Below are positions 19,480-30,140 of a stretch of 64,000 nt of DNA, one piece after another. Positions within the stretch are counted from its first letter, which is position 1. The number at the start of each line of letters is the position of its first letter. This DNA comes from Alphaproteobacteria bacterium (GTDB taxonomy: Bacteria; Pseudomonadota; Alphaproteobacteria; UBA6615). The notes under the pieces were generated by a model that saw only the letters and a program-made list of their open reading frames with translations, ran no database searches and was not told where the DNA came from. The position numbers were made by a program, and so were the translations under genes. Where the stretch lies: positions 42,683-106,682 of the forward strand of contig JAYPPL010000010.1 of the NCBI GenBank assembly GCA_038131445.1, read 5' to 3'.

Positions 19480-20355
19480 CTAGCGTTTACCTGCAGCCAC
19501 GCGCTCGGCAACATAGGTCGGGTGCGCGAAGGCGCCCCGGTGCAGGGCCGGATTGTAGTAGCGCGTTGTCAGCCCTGCCTCCGCAAACCGCGCGGTGAGG
19601 GTTGCCTCATCGGTCTGCCGCAATGCGGTGTCGTCCGTTCCCCAGCCGAAGGCCATGAAACCGCCCGCATAGGTTGGTACCGGCGCGATATAAGCGTGGT
19701 TGTCGGCGAAATGGTCGCCCAGCCTTCTGATGGTCGTGGTGAGTTCGTCGCCTTGGACCATCACAACGCCGGACTGGGTGGTTATCACGCCGTCAGGCTT
19801 CAGGCAGGATTTGCAGTCGCCATAGAACTTCGACGAGAATAACACTTCGCCCGGGCCCAAGGGGTCCGTCGAATCGACCACGATCACGTCAAAGCGGCGA
19901 TCTGTCTCTTCCATGAACTTCGCCCCGTCGGCGATCACGAGGTCGGCGCGCGGATCGTCGAAGGCACCGTCCGAGATCGAGGGGAGGAATTCGATGCTGA
20001 GGTCCACGACCGAGCGGTCGATTTCCACCATGGTCACGCGGTCCACCGGGTGGCGCAGCGCTTCGCGCAGCATGCCGCCGTCGCCGCCGCCGATGATGCA
20101 GACATCACGTGCGGACCCGTGCGCCATCATCGGCACATGGGTCAGCATCTCGTGATAGATGTACTCGTCACGCTCGCAGACCTGGATGATGCCGTCGAGC
20201 GCCATCACCCGGCCCCACTGGGCGGTCTGGTAGATCACCAGATCCTGATGTTCGGTCTGCTCGCGGAAGAGGATGTCCTCAACCTTCAATCCGAGCTGGT
20301 AACCGGCGTTCAGGGCCTCGTCGAAGAGGGCCCAGCCGTCGGTCGAACCGGTCAA
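19480..20355 (-). CDS. speE: polyamine aminopropyltransferase (spermidine synthase)
   Basis: QDLVIYQTAQWGRVMALDGIIQ...YHEMLTHVP...VCIIGGGDGGMLRE...VEID. The proposed TTG start overlaps the speD stop (TTGA). Confidence 0.85.
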   Translation of the reverse strand: MTGSTDGWALFDEALNAGYQLGLKVEDILFREQTEHQDLVIYQTAQWGRVMALDGIIQVCERDEYIYHEMLTHVPMMAHGSARDVCIIGGGDGGMLREALRHPVDRVTMVEIDRSVVDLSIEFLPSISDGAFDDPRADLVIADGAKFMEETDRRFDVIVVDSTDPLGPGEVLFSSKFYGDCKSCLKPDGVITTQSGVVMVQGDELTTTIRRLGDHFADNHAYIAPVPTYAGGFMAFGWGTDDTALRQTDEATLTARFAEAGLTTRYYNPALHRGAFAHPTYVAERVAAGKR

Positions 20356-20765
20356 CCGACCAGGCCTCGGCGGGATTCGCTGAGGGTGAGGGCACTGGAG
20401 TTGAACGCGGACTTCAGGACCGGGAGTGCCTTGTGCGGATCGCAAGTGCCGCACATGAAGACGTCCAGTGCCGCGAAGTCACGCTCTGGCCAGGTGTGGA
20501 TCGAGATATGGCTCTCCGCGAGGATTGCCACGCCCGACACGCCGCCCGTGTCCGAGAACTGGTGCAGGTGCACGCTCAGTACGGTCGCGCCGGCTTCCTC
20601 GGCCGCGCGGCGAAGCGCGTCCTCGATATACCCCGGGTCTGTCAGATTACTGGCTTCCCACAGATCGATCAGCAGATGCCGGCCGGCGAACGCCACCCCG
20701 TCTTCCTTGATGAAATAATCGATGAGAGGGACGACATTCGCCCCGGCTGCCGCACCTTCGGACAT
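20352..20765 (-). CDS. speD: S-adenosylmethionine decarboxylase proenzyme (small, SpeH/SpeD type)
   Basis: 137 aa with the self-processing motif AESHISIHTWPE. Confidence 0.85.
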   Translation of the reverse strand: MSEGAAAGANVVPLIDYFIKEDGVAFAGRHLLIDLWEASNLTDPGYIEDALRRAAEEAGATVLSVHLHQFSDTGGVSGVAILAESHISIHTWPERDFAALDVFMCGTCDPHKALPVLKSAFNSSALTLSESRRGLVG

Positions 20766-20829
20766 CTCCGGTCGTACTCCTAATTATTAGGTGGTGAGGT
20801 AATTGAGCGGGGCGTTTTAAGGCAATTTT

Positions 20830-20871
20830 CCCCCAGCGCAACACTTAATGAAGTGCGGGGGCATTTTTTTT
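20830..20871 (+). terminator. orphan terminator-like hairpin plus T8 run, plus-strand orientation
   Basis: CCCCC..CACTT-aatg-AAGTG..GGGGG followed by CATTTTTTTT. No plus-strand gene lies upstream, because both flanking genes are on the minus strand. Confidence 0.4.
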
Positions 20872-21016
20872 AAGAGGAGGGTGGGACGGTGACCGTAGAA
20901 CTCCCGGCCACCGTGCCGGAGGGGAGGCTTGCTTCTGGGGTAAAGGAGCAATGAGGTCAATGAAGGGGGCGATCGCCCGGCGAGATGTGAAGCGCGTCAC
21001 ATCCGGCGAATTTTAT

Positions 21017-22798
21017 TCAAAAAAGATCTTCTGCCAGCGCCATCACGGCGTCGCCGCCCTCGGTGATGGTGTCCAGATACATGCGTGCGCGCGGCAGCAC
21101 ATGGGTGGCGTAGAACTGCGCGGTGATGCGCTTGGCGGCCCGGAATTCCGGGCTTGCGCCGCTCACATCGCCGTCGGCAGCGGCGAGGGCCGAACGCGTC
21201 ATCAGCCAGCCGCCGACCACAGTCCCTGTCAGGTTCAGGAATGCCGCGGCGCCTGCAAATTTCCGGTTGGTGTCGTTGTTCGCGGGGTCGAGCATCCATT
21301 CGGTGGCGGCGCGCAGCACCGCATTGGCCGCTTTCTGGGCGTCAATCATCGTATCGAGTTCGGCGTCGCCCGAGGTTCTGGCGATGGCATCCATTTCTTC
21401 TAGGAGTTCTTCCATCGCTGCGCCGCCATCACGCAGCAGCTTCCGGCCGAGGAGGTCGTTGGCTTGGATGCCGTTGGTGCCTTCGTAGATGGGCGCGATC
21501 CGAGCATCTCGCAGATGCTGGGCTGCGCCGGTCTCCTCGATGAATCCCATACCACCATGTACCTGAAGGCCTATGGAAGCGAGTTCGACGCCAAGGTCCG
21601 TGCACCATGCCTTCACGACCGGGGTCAGCAGGTCGGTGCGCCGCAAATTGTAGCCGCGGATGTCGGCATCGCCGTGGTGGCGCGAGCGGTCGAGTGCAGA
21701 ATTCGTGTAATAGGCTATCGCGCGCATCGCCTCGGTCTGGGCCCGCATCGCCATCAGCATGCGGCGCACATCCGGGTGCTTGATGATGATTGCGGATTCT
21801 CCGCCGCCATCGATCGGTGCGGACTGCACACGTTCGCGGGCATAGGCGACGGCGCGCTGGTAGGCGCGCTCGGCCACGGCCACGCCTTGCAGGCCGACGT
21901 TCAGGCGCGCGTTGTTCATCATAGTGAACATGCAGCGCAAGCCGTCATGTTCGTCGCCGATCAGGTAGCCAACGGCGCCGTCGCCCGCCTCGCCATAGGA
22001 CATGACGCAGGTCGGACTGGCATGGATACCCAACTTGCGCTCCAGCCCGATGGCCTTAAGGTCGTTGCGCGCGCCCAGCGAGCCGTCGGCGTTAACCAGG
22101 AATTTCGGTACCAGAAATAGGCTGATACCTTTCACGCCCGGCGGCGCGTCGGGCAGGCGGGCCAGCACCAGGTGAATGATGTTGTCGGTGAAGTCCTGTT
22201 CGCCATAGGTGATGTAGATCTTGGTGCCGAAGATCCTGTAATGGTCGCCGTCCTGGTCTGCGCGGGTTTTCAGAAGGCTCAGGTCGGTGCCGGCCTGGGG
22301 CTCGGTCAGGTTCATGGTCCCGGTCCATTCGCCGGAAACGAGTTTTTCGAGATAGATCGCCTTCAGTTCGTCCGAGCCATGAGCGATCAGCGATTCAATC
22401 GCACCGATGGTCAGCAACGGGCATAGAGACCAGGATAGGTTCGCCGACTGCCACATCTCCTGTAGCGCTGTGGTGATGGTCCAGGGCAGGCCCATGCCGC
22501 CATGCTTGGGCTCGAACGGCGTGCCGTTCCAGCCGCCTTCCACGAAGGATTGGTAGGCTTCCTTGAAACCGTGCGGGGTTTTGACCGCGCCGTCGGTAAG
22601 GTGTGAGCCCTGCTGGTCGCCCGTCTGGTTTAGCGGGCTCAGGACTTCCCCTGTGAATCGGGCGGACTCGACCAGGATCTGCTCTACAAGGTCCGCTGAG
22701 GCCTCCTCGAAAGCCGGGAACACGCGCAGGCCCTCCATGTCGCAGAGGTTTTCCAGCACGAAACGCATGTCCTGCACGGGTGCTTTGTAGTCGGACAT
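21017..22798 (-). CDS. long-form acyl-CoA dehydrogenase (~590 aa class)
   Basis: 593 aa. MSDYKAPVQDMRFVLE N-terminus, ACAD middle and C-terminal domains (GGMGFIEETGAAQHLRDARIAPIYEGTNGIQ). Confidence 0.85.
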   Translation of the reverse strand: MSDYKAPVQDMRFVLENLCDMEGLRVFPAFEEASADLVEQILVESARFTGEVLSPLNQTGDQQGSHLTDGAVKTPHGFKEAYQSFVEGGWNGTPFEPKHGGMGLPWTITTALQEMWQSANLSWSLCPLLTIGAIESLIAHGSDELKAIYLEKLVSGEWTGTMNLTEPQAGTDLSLLKTRADQDGDHYRIFGTKIYITYGEQDFTDNIIHLVLARLPDAPPGVKGISLFLVPKFLVNADGSLGARNDLKAIGLERKLGIHASPTCVMSYGEAGDGAVGYLIGDEHDGLRCMFTMMNNARLNVGLQGVAVAERAYQRAVAYARERVQSAPIDGGGESAIIIKHPDVRRMLMAMRAQTEAMRAIAYYTNSALDRSRHHGDADIRGYNLRRTDLLTPVVKAWCTDLGVELASIGLQVHGGMGFIEETGAAQHLRDARIAPIYEGTNGIQANDLLGRKLLRDGGAAMEELLEEMDAIARTSGDAELDTMIDAQKAANAVLRAATEWMLDPANNDTNRKFAGAAAFLNLTGTVVGGWLMTRSALAAADGDVSGASPEFRAAKRITAQFYATHVLPRARMYLDTITEGGDAVMALAEDLF

Positions 22799-22964
22799 CG
22801 GGCCAATCCTTGATGGTCGTCCAGCCGTCTTTATAGCGGGACCGAGCCCTTGCCCACAAACGAGTTATCGGTTGCTACATCCCCGCGCCACTGTGCATCT
22901 CCGGAGCAGCTCGGCTGCTGCCGGCACCCAGTTTTCCTAGCTATTCGCGGGGCAACGCGACCGC

Positions 22965-24401
22965 TCAACCCAAAACCTTGCCGGGGTTCATCAGGCCCTT
23001 AGGGTCGATGGTCGCCTTGATGGCGCGCATCACGTCCATTTCGACGCCGGCCTTGAATTCGGCCAATTCGCCGACCTTCAGCTTGCCAATGCCGTGTTCG
23101 GCAGAGAAGCTGCCGCGCATCGAATGGGCGATATCCGCCACCAGTCCGGTGATCTCGTCCCAGCGCGCGAGGAAGTCCTCGCGTTCCGCCTCGACCGGCT
23201 GCTGCAGGTTGTAGTGGACGTTGCCGTCGCCCACATGGCCGAAGGCCATGGGCCGCAGCCCCGGGCAGGCTTCGGTGGTGGCCGCGTTGGCCTGGCGGAT
23301 GAACTCGGGGATCGACGAGATCGGCACTGAGACGTCATTCTTGATACTCGCGCCGTCGAATTTCTGGGCGTGTACCATGGCCTCGCGCAGGAACCACATC
23401 TCGCTGCGCTGCGCGTCCGACTGGGCGATGGCGGCATCGACGATCAGCCCGTCCTCGAATGCGGCCTCAAGGAAGACCTGCATGGCCTCGCCCAGCCCGG
23501 CATCGGCCTCACTGGTCTCGAACTCGATCAGCGCGCACCAGTCATGGGGATCGTTGAGGAAATCCTTCGCACCCTCGATATGCTTCACCGAAATCTCGAT
23601 GGCGATGCGCGGGATCAGCTCGAAGCCCGACACGGTATCCGCGCTGGCTTTCCGGGCGCGGCCCAGCACCTCCAGTACGCATTCCAGGTCGCGCAGGGCG
23701 ACGAAAGCGGTGTGACGCTCCACCGGTTTGGGGAACATCTTCAACACCGCGCCGGTGATGACGCCCAGCGTGCCTTCCGCGCCGATAAACAGGTGTTTCA
23801 GGTCGTACCCGGTGTTGTTCTTACGCAGCCCCGTCAGCCCGTCCCAGATACGTCCGTCCGGCAGAACGACTTCCAGTCCGAGGGTCAGCTCGCGGGTGTT
23901 GCCGTAGCGGATGACGCCGGTGCCGCCGGCATTGGTGGACAGGTTGCCGCCGATCCGGCAGGAGCCTTCGGCCCCCAGCGACAGCGGGAACAGCCGGTCG
24001 TGCTCGTTGGCAACGCGCTGCAGGTCGGCCAGAATGCACCCCGCATCCACGGTCATAGTGAAATTCACGGGATCGACGGCGCGTACCGCATTCATACGCG
24101 ACAGGCTCAGGATCACCTCGCCGGAGGCCACCGCGCCGCCGCAAAGGCCAGTATTCCCGCCCTGGGGCACTACGGCGACGTTCGCCTCGTAGCAGGCTCC
24201 CATGACCCGGGAGACCTCCTGCGTGGACGCAGGCCGCACCACACAGGGCGAGACGCCGCGGAACAGGCCACGTTCCTCGGACAGATAGGGTTCCATATCG
24301 GCCGGATCCGTGATGATCCCCGGCGGGCCGACGATGTCGCGGATCGTCTGGGTAAAGCCTTCGGGTAGAGGAGCGGCGATGTTTTCGGCGGTGGCGCTCA
24401 T
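22965..24401 (-). CDS. FAD-binding oxidoreductase (GlcD / D-2-hydroxyacid dehydrogenase family)
   Basis: 478 aa. FAD_binding_4-like N-terminus (VVPQGGNTGLCGGAV) and a C-terminal SAEHGIGKLK motif. Confidence 0.85.
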   Translation of the reverse strand: MSATAENIAAPLPEGFTQTIRDIVGPPGIITDPADMEPYLSEERGLFRGVSPCVVRPASTQEVSRVMGACYEANVAVVPQGGNTGLCGGAVASGEVILSLSRMNAVRAVDPVNFTMTVDAGCILADLQRVANEHDRLFPLSLGAEGSCRIGGNLSTNAGGTGVIRYGNTRELTLGLEVVLPDGRIWDGLTGLRKNNTGYDLKHLFIGAEGTLGVITGAVLKMFPKPVERHTAFVALRDLECVLEVLGRARKASADTVSGFELIPRIAIEISVKHIEGAKDFLNDPHDWCALIEFETSEADAGLGEAMQVFLEAAFEDGLIVDAAIAQSDAQRSEMWFLREAMVHAQKFDGASIKNDVSVPISSIPEFIRQANAATTEACPGLRPMAFGHVGDGNVHYNLQQPVEAEREDFLARWDEITGLVADIAHSMRGSFSAEHGIGKLKVGELAEFKAGVEMDVMRAIKATIDPKGLMNPGKVLG

Positions 24402-24454
24402 AGCCTCAGATGTAAACCGCCATCATGGTATGCGCAAGGCGCTGGCGAGGCGTG

Positions 24455-25447
24455 TCAGTGGTTCTCGCTGGAACCTGTTCCGGATCCGGCGGCGGCGCGG
24501 CGTAGTCGGTCGTTGATGGCGAGGCCCAGCCCTTCTTCCGGGATCGGGACCACGGCGATGCCCCGGAAAGCCGGATCGTCGAGTTCGCGCAGCGTCGCGA
24601 AGAGGTTTGCGGCCGCCTCGACCAGGTCCCCCGACGGGCTGAGATTGGCGGTTTTCCGAGCGCCGGACGGGGCATTAACGCCGAAGGCGATCAGGGCTTC
24701 ATCATCAGATATATCAATTGTATTGAGGCGGAGCGGCAGGCGAGGCGCGTAGTGCCGGGCAAGTTGCCCGGGTGATCTAGGCGCCTGGCCTTCGGCCGGG
24801 CTGGTCGCGTCCTCCACCTCGCCCAGCGCGTCACGAAGCTGTTCAAGCGTGACCGCGCCATGCCTTAGCAACGCGGGTGCGGGGCCGGACAGGTCCACCA
24901 CGGTCGATTCCAGCCCCACTGCGCAGGGGCCGCCGTCGAGGATCAGGTTTACCCGCGCGCCGAGGGACGCTGCGACATGTTCGGCGCGTGTTGGGCTCAC
25001 CTCACCGGATGCGTTGGCGCTGGGGGCCGCGATCGGCCCGCCAAACCGCACCAGCAGGTCATGGGCCAGCGGATGGGCGGGCACGCGCACTGCCACAGTG
25101 TCTAGCCCGGCGCTGACCAGCAGGGACAGCGCACAATCGGGACGGCGCGGCAGCACGAAGGTTAGCGGGCCCGGCCAGAATTGCGCGGCAAGCGCATCCG
25201 CGCGCGCGTCGAAATTCACATAGTTATGTGCGGCGGCGGCATTGGCCAGGTGGACGATCAGCGGATTGAAGCTGGGCCGGCTCTTGGCCGCGAAGATGCG
25301 CGCGACGGCCTCGTCGTTCCGCGCATCCGCGCCCAGTCCATAGACCGTCTCGGTCGGAAACGCGACGAGATCGCCCGCCGCCAGCTTTTCGGCGGCGCGG
25401 GTAATGTTCTCCTCCGTCGCGGGCAGGATACGGCCGGTCGCGCTCAT
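24455..25447 (-). CDS. L-threonylcarbamoyladenylate synthase (Sua5/TsaC family, long form)
   Basis: The FPTETVYGLGADA motif plus a Sua5 C-terminal domain. The start could be 25447 (MSATGR) or 25465. Confidence 0.85.
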   Translation of the reverse strand: MSATGRILPATEENITRAAEKLAAGDLVAFPTETVYGLGADARNDEAVARIFAAKSRPSFNPLIVHLANAAAAHNYVNFDARADALAAQFWPGPLTFVLPRRPDCALSLLVSAGLDTVAVRVPAHPLAHDLLVRFGGPIAAPSANASGEVSPTRAEHVAASLGARVNLILDGGPCAVGLESTVVDLSGPAPALLRHGAVTLEQLRDALGEVEDATSPAEGQAPRSPGQLARHYAPRLPLRLNTIDISDDEALIAFGVNAPSGARKTANLSPSGDLVEAAANLFATLRELDDPAFRGIAVVPIPEEGLGLAINDRLRRAAAGSGTGSSENH

Positions 25448-25517
25448 GGCCGTTGTATGCCGCAATGAAAGGGAGAGTGCCAGAGAAAGCCCCTCTTCCT
25501 GATGGAGAGGGTTCTCT

Positions 25518-26258
<741 letters not shown>

Positions 26259-26312
26259 CAGCGGGTTCAGATCCGCGATATCGATGGTAATTACTCCGGT
26301 TTCCGGTCGGCG

Positions 26313-28649
26313 CTATTCGGCGGCCATCCGGGGGTGGGCGAGCGCCCAGATCACGTCCGGGGTCGCGGGCATATCGACTTCGGCGATGTGCCCGTCTGCG
26401 GAGAAGGCCTCGACGATCGCGTTGATGATCGAGGCCGGTGCGCCGATGGCCCCGGCTTCGCCCGTGCCTTTGATGCCTAGCGGGTTGGTCTTGCATTTCT
26501 CGTTGCGCATCGAGAAATCGAAGTTCGGCAGGTCGTCGGCGCGCGGCAACCGGTAGTCCATGAAGGAGCCCGACACGAGCTGACCCGAGGCCTCGTCATA
26601 GACCGTATGTTCATGCAGAGCCTGCCCGAGACCCTGCACAATGCCCCCATGTACCTGGCCCTCAATCAACAGCGGGTTGATGACGTCGCCGAAGTCATCG
26701 ACCACCGTGTAGCGAAGGATCTCGAGGTTGCCCGTGCCCGGGTCGATCTCGATCTCGCAGATGTGGCAGCCGTTTGGGAAGGTCGGGGCGTCGGGCTGCT
26801 GGGAGGCTGTGGTGTCGAGGCCCGGCTCCATACCTTCGGGCAGGTTCGCAGGGTCGAGCGCGGCCCTGGCCACCTCGAACAGGCCCATGGAACGGTCGGT
26901 GCCGGCCACGCGGAAGGTGCCGTCGGAGAACTCGATATCGGCCTCCGCTGTCTCCATCATGTGGGCGGAGATGGCCTTGCCCTTTTCGACGATGGCCTCG
27001 GACGCCTTTGAGACAGCGACACCGCCGACGGTGATCGAGCGGGAACCTCCCGTCATGCCCGGCGGAACCACGTCGCTGTCGCCCTGCACCATCACCATAT
27101 TGTCGGTGTCGATGCCCAGCCGGTCGGACATGATCTGCTTGTAGGACGTGTCATGGCCCTGCCCGTTGGACATGGTGCCGATGTAGAAGGTGATGGTCTC
27201 GCTGTCCGGATCAATGCGCACATCGGCGACCTCGGGGTTGCCGCCGCCGCACTTCTCGACATAAGTCGCCATTCCGATACCGCGGACCATGCCGCGCTTT
27301 GCGCTTTCCTTGCGCCGCGCCGGGTAGCCGTTCCAGTCGGCCTTCTTCATGCCCTCTTCCATGATTGCGGTGAAGTTGCCGCTGTCATAGGTGTCGCCGA
27401 GCGACGTGGTGAACGGCAGCTGCTCGGGCTGTATGAAGTTGCGCCGTCGGATCTCGTCGGGCGACAGGCCCAGTTCGCGCGCGCATTTATCGACCAGCCG
27501 CTCGATGCAGTAGATCGCCTCGGGCCGGCCGGCGCCGCGATAGGCATCGGTCGGCACGGTGTTGGTCATCACACCCTTCACGTTCACCCAGGCGGTTGGG
27601 AAGGCGTACAGGCCGTTCAGCATCGTCGTCCCGGCTTCCGTTGGGATGTAGGTCGCGAAGTGGGAGAGATAGGCACCCAGATTGGCGTGGGTGGTGATCC
27701 GCAGGCCTAGGAACTTGCCGTCCTTGTCGCAGGCGACCTCCGCCTTCGTCACATGGTCACGTCCCTGTATGTCGGATAGGAAGGCCTCGCTGCGTTCGGA
27801 GTTCCAGCGCACCGGACGTTTAAGCTTCATGGCTGCCCACAACACCATCGGCTGTTCCGGGTGCGGGAAGATCTTCATACCGAAGCCGCCGCCCACATCT
27901 CCGGTGACGACGCGCAGCTTGTCCTGGTCGATCTTCAGGATGGCGTCGGCGATGGTGTTGCGCAGGCCGATGGTGCCTTGCGAGGAGGTATAGAGCGTCG
28001 CCTTATCGGTATCCGCGTCATAGACGCCGATGGCCGCGCGCGTCTCCATGGAGTTCACCACGACCCGGTTGTTCACCAGCTCTAGCGTGGTGATGTGGTC
28101 CGCCTTCGCGAAGGCTTCCTCGGTCGGTTCCTTGTCGCCCTTGCCCCAGTCGAAGCACAGGTTGTTGGGCATGTGGTCCCAGATCTGGGCCGCGCCGTCC
28201 TGGGCTGAACGGTAGGTGTCGGTCGCGGCGGGCAACTCCTCAATGTTGAGCTGGATCAACTCGGCGGCATCTCGTGCCTGGGCCAGCGTCTCGGCCACGA
28301 CCAGCGCGACGGGTTCGCCCACATGGCGCACCTTGTCTTGAGCCAGCAGGGGGCGGTGGGTTTCGTGGCGGGTTTCGCCGGTTATGCTCTTAACCGGGAA
28401 CATGTTCGGCATGCCGCCCAGACCGTCGGCCTTCACATCCTCGCCAGTCAACACCAGCAGCACGCCCTGGGCGTTCTGTGCGGCGGCGGTATCGACGCCC
28501 TTCAGGATGCCGTGGGCCATCGGGGAACGCAGCACATATGCGTGGGTTTCGCCTTCAAGCTGCACATCGTCGGTGTACTTGCCGCCGCCGGTCAGCAGGC
28601 GGTGATCTTCGATACGTGTGACGGACTGGCCGATGCCGAACTGGCCCAT
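26313..28649 (-). CDS. xanthine dehydrogenase/CoxL-family molybdopterin-binding large subunit (orphan)
   Basis: 778 aa. MGQFGIGQSVTRIEDHRLLTG N-terminus, and an AYRGAGRPEA motif (form-II CoxL-like, not the VAYRCSFR of true CO dehydrogenases). Confidence 0.9.
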   Translation of the reverse strand: MGQFGIGQSVTRIEDHRLLTGGGKYTDDVQLEGETHAYVLRSPMAHGILKGVDTAAAQNAQGVLLVLTGEDVKADGLGGMPNMFPVKSITGETRHETHRPLLAQDKVRHVGEPVALVVAETLAQARDAAELIQLNIEELPAATDTYRSAQDGAAQIWDHMPNNLCFDWGKGDKEPTEEAFAKADHITTLELVNNRVVVNSMETRAAIGVYDADTDKATLYTSSQGTIGLRNTIADAILKIDQDKLRVVTGDVGGGFGMKIFPHPEQPMVLWAAMKLKRPVRWNSERSEAFLSDIQGRDHVTKAEVACDKDGKFLGLRITTHANLGAYLSHFATYIPTEAGTTMLNGLYAFPTAWVNVKGVMTNTVPTDAYRGAGRPEAIYCIERLVDKCARELGLSPDEIRRRNFIQPEQLPFTTSLGDTYDSGNFTAIMEEGMKKADWNGYPARRKESAKRGMVRGIGMATYVEKCGGGNPEVADVRIDPDSETITFYIGTMSNGQGHDTSYKQIMSDRLGIDTDNMVMVQGDSDVVPPGMTGGSRSITVGGVAVSKASEAIVEKGKAISAHMMETAEADIEFSDGTFRVAGTDRSMGLFEVARAALDPANLPEGMEPGLDTTASQQPDAPTFPNGCHICEIEIDPGTGNLEILRYTVVDDFGDVINPLLIEGQVHGGIVQGLGQALHEHTVYDEASGQLVSGSFMDYRLPRADDLPNFDFSMRNEKCKTNPLGIKGTGEAGAIGAPASIINAIVEAFSADGHIAEVDMPATPDVIWALAHPRMAAE

Positions 28650-28776
28650 GGGGACAACCTCTTCGAGACGGAATGCGATTTGCGGAATATGCGCTGATGA
28701 TATGCGACCGGCCCCCGGTAAACCAAGACCCCCAGCTCACATAGGGTTGAATTCCTCTGTTATTTTATTCCCGGAA

Positions 28777-29226
28777 ATGACCAAAGTCGCGGACTTCGTG
28801 AGCGATCTGAAGGGCTTTCCCAGCCGTTACGGGCATGCGCTGGGTGACGGTCGCATCCAGTGCGACCTGTGACCGTATTTCTGCAAGCTACACGAGGGCC
28901 AGCGAGGGTTGTGTTTCGTCCGCGCGCGGACCGACGACCGGGTCGTACTGACCACCTACGGGCGCTCGTCAGGCTTCTGCATCGACCCCATCGAAAAGAA
29001 GCCGCTCAACCATTTCCTGCCGAGCGCGCCGGTCCTCAGCTTCGAGACGGCGGGCTGCAACCTGACCTGCAAGTTCTGTCAGAACTGGGACATCTCCAAG
29101 TCACGCGAGTTCGACCGGCTGGCGGACAAGGCGATGCGCGAAGACATCGCGAAGGTCTCCGCGAAATACAGGAGCCGCTGGGTCGCCTTCACCTTCAACG
29201 ACCCGGGGATATTCCTGGAATACGCG
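28777..29226 (+). pseudogene. AmmeMemoRadiSam-type radical SAM enzyme remnant (in-frame TGA, 3' truncated)
   Basis: MTKVADFVSDLKGFPSRYGHALGDGRIQCDL*PYFCKLHEGQRGLCFVRARTDDRVVLTTYGRSSGFCIDPIEKKPLNHF...SFETAGCNLTCKFCQNWDIS...FTFNDPGIFLEYA. TGA at 28870-28872 sits where the family has Cys. Homology ends near 29226, roughly the first 40% of a normal gene. The right end is approximate. Confidence 0.6.
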
Positions 29227-29441
29227 CCTGACAGGCATTCGTGCACGAATCCGGCCAGCGCATCGGGCTCGGCGGGATACAACGTAACCGCGATGGCGGG
29301 CGGATGGTGTTTGCGGTGGCTTTTGTCATCAAGACGACTTGTCCGAGACTCGGAAAGGCATATATCGGCTGAACTACAACCGAGAGTAGCGTGTGGCGCT
29401 CGCACACGCCAAAAATAGGCAAACCCGGTGAGGAACTCCAG

Positions 29442-29792
29442 ATGCTGACGGTCTATGGGTTGAAGTCATGTGATACGACGCGCAAAACGCTGAAATGGCT
29501 TGAGCGTCGCGAGGCGGCGCACCGCTTCCTGGATGTGCGCGCCGACGGTGTGGACATCGATAAGCTGACCGAGTGGGCAATGGAGGTCGGCTGGGAGACA
29601 CTGCTAAACCGGGGCAGCACCACCTGGCGCGGCCTGGACGAGGTTATCCGCGAGAACGTGACCGAGGACACCGCGCTCCAGTTGATGGTCGAGAACCCGA
29701 CCCTCATCAAGCGCCCGGTGATCGAGACCGATGCGGGCGTGCTGGTAGGCTGGAAGACCGAGCAGCAAAGAACGATGGAAGAACTGCTCTAG
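29442..29792 (+). CDS. ArsC/Spx/MgsR family protein (YffB-like)
   Basis: MLTVYGLKSCDTTRKTLKWL... with the N-terminal Cys, and the LIKRPVI motif. RBS GGTGAGGAA. Confidence 0.8.
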   Translation: MLTVYGLKSCDTTRKTLKWLERREAAHRFLDVRADGVDIDKLTEWAMEVGWETLLNRGSTTWRGLDEVIRENVTEDTALQLMVENPTLIKRPVIETDAGVLVGWKTEQQRTMEELL

Positions 29793-30127
29793 CAACCCCA
29801 TATCTGGTGTTGAAAAGAGCCGCCGGACATAGGGTTCCGGGCGATCTCGTTTCGTTCTGCGCAAATTGCCCGAGTCGTTTTTCGGCTGACCACCACATTT
29901 TGGGGTTTGTAGTACAAAAGGGGCACAAACGCTCTGGCGCGCGCGGTTGAGGACGCGTAACAAACTGGCCTGTTTGAACGATTCGCCCCCGGCGTGTTGA
30001 CTCAAAAACGCCACACCTTACAATGTTCCCTAATTGTTCATGGTGACAGCCTTGCCATATTTGGTATTAACTGTTCGTTACGTCTCCAGATGTTGTGGCT
30101 TTTACGCATTTTCCCATCAGAAATTGC

Positions 30128-30140
30128 CCACAGTTTGTGG
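30128..30140. promoter_or_regulatory. palindrome CCACAgttTGTGG in the nrd leader (possible NrdR-type operator)
   Basis: Perfect 5+5 inverted repeat 36 nt upstream of the nrdA-like ATG. A related CCACATTTTGGGG lies near 29890. This is not a confident match to the NrdR consensus. Confidence 0.2.

Noticed and set aside
28870-28872. TGA at a conserved Cys position of the radical SAM gene, as possible selenocysteine
   Set aside because: The gene also carries a G-to-E change in the cluster region and loses homology after ~150 codons. No convincing hairpin directly follows the TGA, and no sel genes are in the window. Other genes nearby show the same kind of nonsense decay.
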